This document shows, piece by piece, positions 8,771 through 18,523 of a DNA stretch of 59,895 bases; positions within the stretch are counted from its first letter, which is position 1, and every line of letters starts with the position of its first letter. The position numbers were made by a program, and so were the translations under genes. The stretch lies in sequence record SRR22947725_1575; one strand, 5' to 3'. Below the pieces are notes generated by a model, which had not been told where the DNA came from, did no database searches, and saw only the letters and a list, made by a program, of their open reading frames with translations.

Positions 8771-11700
8771 TCACTTGGATTCAATCCTGAAGTAACGATG
8801 CTTGCCTTGCGTATCCAGATCAATGGACTGAGTCATTGCGGCGTCGATTGGATCCCAGTGAAACAAAACCTTCCACTCTGGAGCATTCAAATCATCCGCA
8901 CTCAACAATTCATGGAGCACTCCAGGTTGCGCATCGAATGAGAGACGCACCGTGCTTACGTTCAGCATCTTGATACTCGCAGGTTTCACAGAGGGAAGAA
9001 TCACAGTCCCGGGGCTGCCTCCTGCAGCAACACTCGCCCGCCAGGATAATTCATCAGATTCAGTAAATGCAATTCTCTCTAGTGAGGCTCCCTCTCCATC
9101 AGGTTCCTCAGGCCACCCATCTTCATCATCAAATTGAACCTGTTCGATGATGCGTCCCGCTCCGTCAAGTAGAACAATCTTTTCACCCCCGTTTGAAAGC
9201 TGCCCATCATAAGGGCCAAAGAGGCTTGCTTCCATATCAGGATTCAGGACCTTCAGTGCCTGAGGATTGGATGCAAGCACAAGGCTTGCTCCTGGCTGTA
9301 GAATATGATTACCAAACGTGAACTCGATGGCATCAGAAACGCGCACGCCTTCCATGAGCACTGGCGCCGTACCCGCATTCCACAATTCCAAAAACTCGAA
9401 ATCATCCTCATCCAATCCTGTCGGCAATAGAGGTGATAATGGATGGTACATCACTTCGGATATTTTCAAGGAGGGTATTTCACTCTCAACAAAGATGCCT
9501 TCAATCGCTCCACTCCATTCATCACCGTCCAAGGATCTCAGAATAATCCTGGTCGTACTTTCAATACGAATCTCGGGACGGGCACGTGAGAGGATTTTTG
9601 CTGATTTTGACCGAGCGCCTCCTGGAAGTCTCGGATCAGTGCCATCCGTTGTGTAAAACGTCCTTCCGGGACCTAGAGTTATCTTAACGAGCCCATCCTC
9701 AGCCAGCACGCCTGGCTGAGTGACGAAATCAGGTGGAACGACATATTGTTGATCAATCCATTCAGCCCGATTTTCGACCCAATTCTTTAAATGCTTTACT
9801 TCGCCTCTCCATGCAGTGGTGCTGCGGAGCAGAGGCCATTTACGGAAGTTGCGTACCTGAGATTCTTCCAATTCGGCGGCCATACGATCAATGATGGCAT
9901 GCATGTTTTGAACCGACATCACATTGCGCCTCAGGTAGTGCCATCGATCTGTGTAAGATTGATCAAAATTTGGATTACGGAAAATGGAACCCCACCACCC
10001 AAAACGACGCACAGTTGACCACCCTACAGGGTTAGCCGCACGACCATCATCATCAGGGCCAAGGGTTCGGTCGAAGTCCCAGACAGGCCCGAAGGTCAAT
10101 CTACCACCTCTTGGCAAATGCATGTAAGTTGAAAGTCTGAATCCATCAGGATTTTTTGTGAATTCGTTGAGTATGTGAAAATCGATCCATGAACCTTCAT
10201 CGATAAATTCCGCATAATCCGGAATCAATTTTTCATAGTCACGATCTCGAAGGGTCCGGTTCATGGCATTCAAAAAACTGACAACAAACTTCCTTTGGTT
10301 GGGTTCGATTTCATCCTCTTTGGGTTCAACAAAAGCCAACCCCTGACCGCCCCCCGAGAATCCAATGTCTCCCGGGTCAAGTCGATCTATCTTGAAAATA
10401 TAACCCCCAGTGCGCTCGGGGGATTCCGTATGCTTTCGAAGCAATCGATCAATGGGCACACGATCGGCACCTCTCTTGATCTTTTCCATCAATACATAAA
10501 CGCCGACGTAGGACCTTTGATCGATTGCCCGCCCACGGGTATTGACATACACTTCGCAAAACCGGGTCCTGACAGCATAGCGCCCCAACTGGTTGCTCAG
10601 CTCATACACAAAGGCATTGCGCATGAGCGCTCGATCAAAATTGTATGGAGCATAGAGAATCCAATCGGAATCTTCCGGCATTTTCAGGAGTGAAACATCT
10701 CGGTCATTGCCAAAAATATCCTGAATCTCCATGGAGTACGCCTTTTTCGGGCGGCCCTCGGTACTGGATCCACGTACCTTGAGAGACGCTAGGCCTTGGA
10801 AATCAGATTCCGATGAAATCCTGGCCCTCCCATCTTCGCCTCTGTCAAACACATGCATCAATGCCTGAGTCCGGCTTGTCGCCGAAATGCGTGCTCCTTC
10901 GGTATCCAGCAGAATGACGGGAACATCCGAGTTGAATTCCATAAGATCCGCATCTGTGATCAGGAAAATCTCTGTTTGCACCGGGCTCGGCGCCATATCT
11001 GGGTGGAATGCCCGCACATTCAGTTGAGCTGAATCTTCAATTGAAAAACTTCCCTCAAAACGGGTGGATCTCTCGGAAGGGATACTGCCATCAAGTGTAT
11101 AACGCAGCACCGCATCGGAAACAGGATGCTCCAATGTCACTGCGATCGGTGCATCACTTAGTCGAGTGCTCGCGTTAATATCAGGCCTGCTCAATGTTTG
11201 GGTGAACAGCGTTGTGTTTGGCGCCCCCGGACTTGGTTTCAAGATAAATCCGGGAGTCTCAAAAACTCCCTCGAGACTTTGCCATATTTCACTTTCCATT
11301 TGGAACAGGAAATCCCGGTCCGTGGACCGCGTATTGAGGCCTTGGATAGCCAGCACGTTGTCTCCCGAAATCAATCCATCATTCGCGGTCAACATGAATT
11401 GCTCCACCTCCAATGCTTCTCCACCTAATCGGGAACCCGATGATCTGGAATTCCATTGCATGCGTCTGGGGGCGTTGCGCCGCACCATCTCCCGACCATT
11501 GAGAAACATGACGTATCCATCGTCATACCGTATTTGTAATTGCATGAATACATCGGGGCTTAAAACTTCAAAATGGTGGCGAAGGTAAATCGATGAGCTG
11601 GTTGTACGCATGATCGCAGTAACATCGCTGTCAATGAAGGGCGTGAGATTTTTCTCCGCACTTCCATCGAAACCTATTCCGCCCTGACCGTGCCCCCATC

Positions 11701-12340
11701 CCGTGTCATCAAAGCCGGGTTCGATCCAGGCCTGATTCAACTCGCCATCCTCTGGCACTAAAATACGAAACACAGGCTGACTCTGGGAGATCGACTGGGT
11801 CTGATGACGGAGACCAAATGAAGCCCCTTCACTCAACTTTGGATAGTTGGGACTAAATCCACTGACTAAATCCCCGTCTGGAGAAAACAAACCTAGAAAT
11901 TCACCCCGTGAAGAGAGTTTGAAATTGGTATGGAGGATTTTTCCCGCATCCCGGCAATCCTTACCGGAAGCAAATATGACCAAAAAAGATTTGGGTTTGA
12001 GAACAATTTTGGGGAACACCCATTTACGAGTTTGTTCTTCCTCATCCGAAAGGGACCAGCCCTGCAAATCATGAGGCTCCTCAGCTGCATTATAAATTTC
12101 AATCCAATCGGGTGCATCGTGATCCTCATCAAACAGAACGCTCACGCCCTGCTGAACCATGATTTCGCTGATCATCAATGAATCCGCATGCAGCAATCCG
12201 GAATGACTAAGGCTGAGCAATCCAAACAATAGAGCATTACAGACTGATACAGCTGAGGCCCATGAGGAGACTAGTATCGCAAATAATGGTTCAGTAATTT
12301 TTTTAAGAAATCTGAAAGGATTCACAGGGAAACCATGCAT
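8771..12340 (-). CDS. Secreted CotH-kinase family protein with lamin-tail and Fn3/chitobiase-like domains
   Basis: Lamin-tail motifs (ISEIM...DWIEIYN; ISEVMYHP...EFLELWN), YTLDGS.P, CotH motifs VRGSST..PKK, YVGVYVLMEK, GPVWDFD; hydrophobic N-terminus; start uncertain (track 12400). Confidence 0.85.
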   Translation of the reverse strand: MHGFPVNPFRFLKKITEPLFAILVSSWASAVSVCNALLFGLLSLSHSGLLHADSLMISEIMVQQGVSVLFDEDHDAPDWIEIYNAAEEPHDLQGWSLSDEEEQTRKWVFPKIVLKPKSFLVIFASGKDCRDAGKILHTNFKLSSRGEFLGLFSPDGDLVSGFSPNYPKLSEGASFGLRHQTQSISQSQPVFRILVPEDGELNQAWIEPGFDDTGWGHGQGGIGFDGSAEKNLTPFIDSDVTAIMRTTSSSIYLRHHFEVLSPDVFMQLQIRYDDGYVMFLNGREMVRRNAPRRMQWNSRSSGSRLGGEALEVEQFMLTANDGLISGDNVLAIQGLNTRSTDRDFLFQMESEIWQSLEGVFETPGFILKPSPGAPNTTLFTQTLSRPDINASTRLSDAPIAVTLEHPVSDAVLRYTLDGSIPSERSTRFEGSFSIEDSAQLNVRAFHPDMAPSPVQTEIFLITDADLMEFNSDVPVILLDTEGARISATSRTQALMHVFDRGEDGRARISSESDFQGLASLKVRGSSTEGRPKKAYSMEIQDIFGNDRDVSLLKMPEDSDWILYAPYNFDRALMRNAFVYELSNQLGRYAVRTRFCEVYVNTRGRAIDQRSYVGVYVLMEKIKRGADRVPIDRLLRKHTESPERTGGYIFKIDRLDPGDIGFSGGGQGLAFVEPKEDEIEPNQRKFVVSFLNAMNRTLRDRDYEKLIPDYAEFIDEGSWIDFHILNEFTKNPDGFRLSTYMHLPRGGRLTFGPVWDFDRTLGPDDDGRAANPVGWSTVRRFGWWGSIFRNPNFDQSYTDRWHYLRRNVMSVQNMHAIIDRMAAELEESQVRNFRKWPLLRSTTAWRGEVKHLKNWVENRAEWIDQQYVVPPDFVTQPGVLAEDGLVKITLGPGRTFYTTDGTDPRLPGGARSKSAKILSRARPEIRIESTTRIILRSLDGDEWSGAIEGIFVESEIPSLKISEVMYHPLSPLLPTGLDEDDFEFLELWNAGTAPVLMEGVRVSDAIEFTFGNHILQPGASLVLASNPQALKVLNPDMEASLFGPYDGQLSNGGEKIVLLDGAGRIIEQVQFDDEDGWPEEPDGEGASLERIAFTESDELSWRASVAAGGSPGTVILPSVKPASIKMLNVSTVRLSFDAQPGVLHELLSADDLNAPEWKVLFHWDPIDAAMTQSIDLDTQGKHRYFRIESK

Positions 12341-12783
12341 AAAGCCATAATCTAAATCAATCGGATTTATGATCAGTTCGGGATATCCAGCATGCAGCAA
12401 GTAGTCAGCACATCGCCAACCTGGATCGGTTGGTTGAAGGTTGGAGGTCGAAGTCTAGCAGGATAAAGCATTGTTGGCAGTAATGGCTGGTGAGTGCCGG
12501 CAATGCAGGACTCGCTGCATGTAAGCCTGTGTGCAAAGAGGGGATTTCCTTGGTGAATTCAAAGACTACAGATGTTGATATTTGGATCAACAGAAGCAAA
12601 TGAGCCTGTGAATTCCGACAAAAACGGCAGGCGTTATTTTATATTTAATTTGATTCATACAGACAAAGGGTAGATTTGCGAAGGAAATCAGAGGCGTCGT
12701 AAACGAATAGCAGCGGGAATTAGAGCTCAGAAAAACTTGTATTTTGAGGTGGATTGCATAGATATTGATGAAACTTCCAAACC

Positions 12784-13776
12784 ATGTATTTCATGAAATT
12801 AAGAACTTCTTTACTCAGAGCGTTCGCTGTCCTGATGCTACATTCCATGACTCTTTCGGGAGCGGTGACATTTGATTTTGATTATACCGCTGCCAACCAT
12901 TTTGACGATACCAGCAAGGCTTCCCTTGCAAGTGCCGCCTCCATGGTCTCAGGTTTCTTCAATCACACAGCAATCATCTCGATAGCCATTACAGACAGCA
13001 ATGCCAACAATAACACCTTGGCAAGCGCAAGCTCGAGTTACGCCAACGCGTTCGCGGCTGGTGAATTCACGGACAGAGGTGTAGTAGGAGCCAAGATCCT
13101 CAGCAATGGAGCGAGCGATCCAAACGGCGGAGCAGCAGACGGATCGATAAATGTAAACTTTTTCCATAACTGGGATTACGATGACTCGATTGCTGCTGAT
13201 GCCTATGATTTCAAACAAACCATGATCCATGAATTGCTGCACGCCGTAGGGTTTGGTTCTGCAATCCAGCAAAACGGCAATGACCCCTATGGAACGACGC
13301 CCGGAAACGCAGCCTTCTGGGAACCTTTTGACGCATTTGTCGGAGATAAGGATGGAGCTATCATTGATGGTAACGGCATTCTTGATGCGACAAAATGGAA
13401 CGCGGCGAGCGTTGGAGGTACGGGAAGTGTGCCGGCTTCAGATGGACTCTATTTTCATGGCACCAATGCAAAAAACGCCAACGGCGGCAACCCGGTCCCT
13501 GTCTATTCCCCAACTACGTGGCAAAGTGGCAGTAGTGGATCACATTTGGATGGTGACTATTACAGCGGAGCCAACACTATGTTGATGAATGCATCAACCG
13601 GGACCGGACCCGGAAAAAGAACTTTGAGTCAGGTTGAGACTGGCGTTTTTCGAGATATTGGTTTCACGGTAGTTCCTGAGGCAAGCCATTATGCCGTCGT
13701 TTCAGGGCTGGCGTTGATGCTTTTTGCGTTGAAAAGAAAAGGAAGATCGCGGAAACACGCGACAGTGAACGTTTAG
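12784..13776 (+). CDS. PEP-CTERM-type surface protein with HExxH zinc-metalloprotease motif
   Basis: Signal peptide; HELLHAVGF; SGSHLD...LM; C-terminal VPEASHYAVVSGLALMLFALKRKGR (PEP-like motif, TM helix, basic tail). Confidence 0.8.
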   Translation: MYFMKLRTSLLRAFAVLMLHSMTLSGAVTFDFDYTAANHFDDTSKASLASAASMVSGFFNHTAIISIAITDSNANNNTLASASSSYANAFAAGEFTDRGVVGAKILSNGASDPNGGAADGSINVNFFHNWDYDDSIAADAYDFKQTMIHELLHAVGFGSAIQQNGNDPYGTTPGNAAFWEPFDAFVGDKDGAIIDGNGILDATKWNAASVGGTGSVPASDGLYFHGTNAKNANGGNPVPVYSPTTWQSGSSGSHLDGDYYSGANTMLMNASTGTGPGKRTLSQVETGVFRDIGFTVVPEASHYAVVSGLALMLFALKRKGRSRKHATVNV

Positions 13777-13777
13777 C

Positions 13778-15142
13778 GTGAGAACCCTTCTGGTCATTAC
13801 CTGTTTCGCCATTTGTGGATGGTCCGTGACGGTTGAAGCGAGGTTTGTGAAGCCATCACTCGCTCCTCTGGATAGACTTGAAAAAACAACCACCCTTTAT
13901 CTGGAGCAGCACCCGAATGATGCCCGGGCATGGTATGTTCTCGGACGTATCCACTACCTTTCCTTCTTCAACACTAGCCTGAAAATACCCTATTTAGGGA
14001 AAATAATTGAGCCCCCAAAAATACCACCATTTTGGCGGGATACTCAATCAATCAAAGACGCAGAATATCAATCCGAAGCCGTCCGCCAGGTTTTACTAAA
14101 CCATGGCCATGACGCATTATCCCAAGTTCCGGACGCTGATGCCCGTCTTTTTTGGATCGATGTCGATTTACAAATCCGGTCGCTTAAAAAGCATCGTTGG
14201 AAGGCTCCGGCGCCAACGCCCGAACAACTCGTTCAATCATTGGTGAGTGCTGAAATAGCATTCCTGAAAGCAGCCAGGTTGGATTCGGAAAAGGGATTAT
14301 ACACGCTGGGATTGGCTTCTCTCTTGGAACAGGCAGAGTCACGCAAAGATCTCGTTCTGTTGAATCACGGTGTCGATTTATCCTTGCGCCGCATCATGGA
14401 GTTGTATTTTCAATCGTTCGAAGCCTCCAGAGATAGCATTGAAAGCATCCTCAAAAAGCCCATTTCCGGCATCAAATCTCTAGTTCCATTTGAGGCGGGA
14501 AATGGTTTTCTCCGCATGTGTAAAATGTTGGGGGAGGTCGAAAATGATCGCGTCAAACTTGTGAGCCAGACAATCAAAAAGCTGGAGAGATTACCACCCT
14601 CCAGAGAGGTGACACCCATCATATTCGGACGCAGACCTGGCATGCTTGTGGACGAGCTGATCGACACATCAAACAATGTAGACTTCGACTTGGATGGAAA
14701 TGGTACAGTGGAGGCATGGAGCTGGGTACGGCCGCATACAGCCATTCTAACTTGGGATCCGCTGGGTAGTGGCAAAATCACAAATGGCACTCAATTATTT
14801 GGATCCTACACATTTCAAATACCATTCGACAATGGATACGCTGCTTTAGCCTCGCTGGACAATGATCAGAACCAAATGCTGGCACTTGAAGAAATGAATG
14901 GAATCAGAGTGTGGATTGAACGGATCCCCAACGGCAAGGTTGACGAGCATGAAATGCATGAACTCCGCGACCTGGGAGTCGATTCCATATCCACCGTTTT
15001 TCAATTAGATGAGAAAGGTGTTCCTTTCTCATCACATGGGCTGCGGTTTAATGATGGCACATTTCTACCTACTTGGGATGTCTCCTTCTCTACTTCAGAA
15101 CTTGGAATACACGTGAACTCACCAACTAGTAAAAACCCATAA
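13778..15142 (+). CDS. Secreted hypothetical protein: TPR-like N-terminal part and a C-terminal Ca-binding-type domain
   Basis: Signal peptide; PNDARAWYVLGRIHY (TPR-like); TPIIF...FDLDGNG...W...G.ITNGTQLFG...NGYAALASLDND...VW...GVDSI, a pattern seen in hemolysin-type Ca-binding proteins; GTG start 1 nt after the upstream stop. Confidence 0.65.
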   Translation: MRTLLVITCFAICGWSVTVEARFVKPSLAPLDRLEKTTTLYLEQHPNDARAWYVLGRIHYLSFFNTSLKIPYLGKIIEPPKIPPFWRDTQSIKDAEYQSEAVRQVLLNHGHDALSQVPDADARLFWIDVDLQIRSLKKHRWKAPAPTPEQLVQSLVSAEIAFLKAARLDSEKGLYTLGLASLLEQAESRKDLVLLNHGVDLSLRRIMELYFQSFEASRDSIESILKKPISGIKSLVPFEAGNGFLRMCKMLGEVENDRVKLVSQTIKKLERLPPSREVTPIIFGRRPGMLVDELIDTSNNVDFDLDGNGTVEAWSWVRPHTAILTWDPLGSGKITNGTQLFGSYTFQIPFDNGYAALASLDNDQNQMLALEEMNGIRVWIERIPNGKVDEHEMHELRDLGVDSISTVFQLDEKGVPFSSHGLRFNDGTFLPTWDVSFSTSELGIHVNSPTSKNP

Positions 15143-15823
15143 ATTACGACCTACCCAGATCTGAAAGCTTGCCTGCTCAAAAGCTGGCTGAAATCAGTTG
15201 ATTCAGTTCCATTATAGCAAACCACACTCGGAAATTTCAGAAATTGCCTCGTCAAAAAGCAGGGAAGAATCAGCAAAGGATCGAGAGCACCAAAATACCA
15301 GCCAACGCGTGTGTCCAAAACGTAATTACCATATCTGGACCGAGGGTTCTCAATAATTATAAAGATTTCATATTGCCGTCTCCAATTCCCCACAAGAGCA
15401 TTTCTAGTTTGAAGGAACGAATCATTGATAGCCTTGCCCAACAACATGGACAACAGAACATGGGGATCAGGCAAAATCCACCACACAATTCCTGATTTCC
15501 AATGAAAACCCTGATCGCGATATGAATTGAGCTGCAAAAAGGTCAATCAATGAGGGAAACCGCTATTTGCGCCAACAAACAAGGAGCTGTTACTAGCTTA
15601 AAGAAACTACATTCATGAATACCCGGCAGCACAACTTTTTACCATAAGTGACCAAAGAGCGGCGATTCGTGAGAAAAATTGCATCGTAACACTGGCAATT
15701 AGATAACTCTAGGGGCAGGAATTCCCTTTGGAATGAACATCAGGTGACCCCAAAACGGCCCAGTTCAATAGATTAACGGATAGGTCGTGAAATGAGTTAC
15801 CAGTATAAGCTGTTAGTAAAAGG

Positions 15824-15910
15824 TGGTGCCCACGAGAGGAGTCGAACCTCCACCCCATTGCTGGGACTAGAACCTGAATCTAGCGCGTCTGCCAATTCCG
15901 CCACGTGGGC
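15824..15910 (-). tRNA. tRNA-Leu (anticodon CAG)
   Basis: Reverse complement gcccacgtggcggaattggcagacgcgctagattCAGgttctag...ggttcgactcctctcgtgggcacca; 87 nt, long variable arm, encoded CCA. Confidence 0.97.
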
Positions 15911-16270
15911 AACGCCACATTGCTAAAGGAAAACCAACAGGGTCGGCAAGGTTTAAATTACTGGATTCGTCCAGAACGCTTGAAATTACTGCCAGATCCG
16001 GGGCTCTTTGGATATTTTAATTGCAAATTTCACCATGCCCCCTGAAATGAGGCGAGGATGTTAAGCAAATATTGGTTTTTGAAACAGGGGCGTGCAGCTT
16101 ATTCCATGGATGAATTCGTATCGGATGAAATTACGGAGTGGAGCAGCTCGCCCAATGAAGAGGGAGGTGTCGTCGCTTTCCCCACCGAAAAAAGGACTTG
16201 CTTCATGCCTTTCATTTACTCCGGACTCTAACAGATTATTTCATTTTAAAACTCAAAAAAACCCTGCCAC

Positions 16271-16975
16271 ATGACGCAAGATACCAGTATGTCTTCAATT
16301 GATCCAACGCATCCCCATCCTTCACTCAGACATATTGAAGGTATTATTTTCGATATGGACGGTGTTATCGTGGATAGCGAACCGCGCCATCAGCAAGCTT
16401 TCATGGATATATTCCATGAAATTGGTTATGCCGATAATCACGGGATCCAATTTGAGGATTATTTGGGCAAATCCGATCGCGCGGTGTGGGATGATTTCAT
16501 CTCGATGCATCAGCCACCGTATTCCATTGAGGATTTGACAAGCCGCAAGCAAAACCGCCTGATTGATCTCATCCAGAAAGAAAAACCTATTTTCGAAACA
16601 TTGCCTGCACTGGTTGAGAAACTAGCCCGGAAGTTCAAGCTTTCAGTAGCGTCAGGCTCGCTGCATCCGGTCATCGATGTCGTTTTGAAGCTGGAAAATC
16701 TCAGAAACTTTTTTCCGAATGTGGTCAGCTCGCAGGATGTTCCCAAAGGTAAACCCGCGCCGGATATATTTCTGAAGGCTGCAGATTCAATGCAGGTCTC
16801 TCCAGACAAAATCTGTGTCATCGAGGACGCAGCTGCAGGCATTCAGGCTGGTAAATCAGCCGGAATGACAGTGATCGCCATCACCAACAGCCTCCCCTCG
16901 TCTGCATTGAGTCAGGCAGACATCGTGGTCAGCGATTACGAGTCCATCGAATCGCTGCTGCTGGGAAGACCTTGA
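16271..16975 (+). CDS. HAD-superfamily phosphatase (beta-PGM/CbbY-like)
   Basis: FDMDGVIVDSE, ASGS, GKPAPDIF, VIEDAAAG. Confidence 0.9.
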   Translation: MTQDTSMSSIDPTHPHPSLRHIEGIIFDMDGVIVDSEPRHQQAFMDIFHEIGYADNHGIQFEDYLGKSDRAVWDDFISMHQPPYSIEDLTSRKQNRLIDLIQKEKPIFETLPALVEKLARKFKLSVASGSLHPVIDVVLKLENLRNFFPNVVSSQDVPKGKPAPDIFLKAADSMQVSPDKICVIEDAAAGIQAGKSAGMTVIAITNSLPSSALSQADIVVSDYESIESLLLGRP

Positions 16976-17088
16976 ATGGAATAATATCCACTATGTTCCT
17001 CGAAAATCTGGTATTTCATTGATCTATGATAAAAAAAGAGCAAAACTGTTTGACCTACGCCAGAGTGGGATAGTAGTTATTTCGCGCT

Positions 17089-18414
17089 ATGGAACATGGC
17101 CACGCCATAATACCGAATCCTTGGATGATGCTGCCCTTTGGGTTGCTGCTCGCAACCATTGCCCTGGGGCCGCTGTTCTTTCTGCATTGGTGGGAGAAAC
17201 ATTACCCCAAGGTTGCCTACGTGCTTGGTGCCATTACGTTGACTTATTACCTCGGAGGCTTGCATGCCTACGAGACAGTAATGCATACGGCTATTGAATA
17301 CGTAAGCTTCATCGCTCTAGTGGGATCGCTGTATGTGGTCTCAGGGGGAATCCATATTAAAGTCAAGGGAGAGGCTACTCCATTCAATAATGTCCTGTTC
17401 CTTCTTTTCGGTGCGGTGATTGCCAATGTTCTGGGAACGACTGGAGCTTCCATGCTCCTGATACGCCCGTGGATACGCATGAATAAATACCGTATCACGG
17501 CGCACCATATCGTTTTTTTCATTTTCATTGTTTCCAATGTAGGTGGCTGCCTGACTCCCATTGGAGATCCTCCGCTGTTCCTTGGTTTTCTGAAAGGGAT
17601 TCCTTTCTGGTGGGTCCTTGAACATTGCTGGCCCATGTGGCTGGTAGGGATAGGTGTTTTACTTACCATGTTTTACGTGGTGGACTCTATCAACTATCGC
17701 AAGGCGCCCAAGGAAGTGCGTGAAGAGCTTGCCGAGCCTCCCGATGAATGGCATTTCGAAGGCCTGATCAATTTGATCTTCCTGGGAGTTATTCTGATTG
17801 CGGTATTTATCTCAAAACCCCTCTTTCTGAGGGAGGCATTGATGATTGGAGCGGCATGCGGCTCCTATTTTCTGACGCAGAAATCGATTCATGAATCCAA
17901 TCATTTCAATTTCCACCCGATTCAGGAGGTAGCCATTCTTTTCATCGGTATTTTTTCAACGATGATGCCTGCTTTGGACTGGTTGAAAGCCAATGCAGGT
18001 GCCATGGAGAAAACAACTCCGGGGATTTTCTACTGGGGAACAGGACTGCTTTCTGGCGTTTTGGATAATGCCCCAACCTATCTCAGTTTTCTAAGCGCCA
18101 TCGTCGGTAAATTTGCAAAACCGGAAATGCTGGCCGAGGCTTCGGGAGTAGAGGCAGGAGCCGTGACGGAGATTGACCAGATACAATACCTGCTGGCAAC
18201 ACCTGCACTCATGGAATATGTGGTGGCTATCAGCGTGGCAGCCGTCTTTTTTGGAGCAAATACTTATATCGGAAATGGCCCTAACTTCATGGTTAAATCG
18301 ATTGCAGACCAACAAAAGGTCAATGCGCCTTCATTCCTGGGTTATTTCTTCAAGTTTACCATCCCCTACATGATCCCAACAGTATTGATCATATGGTTTA
18401 TCTTCTTCCGTTAG
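17089..18414 (+). CDS. Ion-transporter (IT) superfamily membrane protein (putative Na+/H+ antiporter or citrate transporter)
   Basis: Multiple TM helices; GTTGASMLLIRP, SNVGGCLTPIGDPPLFLGF, LSGVLDNAPTY, YIGNGPNFMVK. Confidence 0.85.
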   Translation: MEHGHAIIPNPWMMLPFGLLLATIALGPLFFLHWWEKHYPKVAYVLGAITLTYYLGGLHAYETVMHTAIEYVSFIALVGSLYVVSGGIHIKVKGEATPFNNVLFLLFGAVIANVLGTTGASMLLIRPWIRMNKYRITAHHIVFFIFIVSNVGGCLTPIGDPPLFLGFLKGIPFWWVLEHCWPMWLVGIGVLLTMFYVVDSINYRKAPKEVREELAEPPDEWHFEGLINLIFLGVILIAVFISKPLFLREALMIGAACGSYFLTQKSIHESNHFNFHPIQEVAILFIGIFSTMMPALDWLKANAGAMEKTTPGIFYWGTGLLSGVLDNAPTYLSFLSAIVGKFAKPEMLAEASGVEAGAVTEIDQIQYLLATPALMEYVVAISVAAVFFGANTYIGNGPNFMVKSIADQQKVNAPSFLGYFFKFTIPYMIPTVLIIWFIFFR

Positions 18415-18523
18415 ACGGAATGCAATGGTGATCACGGATCACGCCTAATTCGATGAACATCGCATGCCTGAAAAGAAACGAGACGATCGAAAAGCTGATG
18501 GAGATCGAAGAAATGATCCCACA

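Noticed and set aside
15144-15401. Several in-frame TGAs suggesting UGA=Trp recoding or a multi-Sec protein
   Set aside because: The frame also contains a TAA, many bona fide genes here end in TGA, and there is no redox motif or SECIS
15824-15910. Long-variable-arm tRNA as possible tRNA-Sec
   Set aside because: Anticodon is CAG with a normal 7-bp acceptor stem, so it is tRNA-Leu
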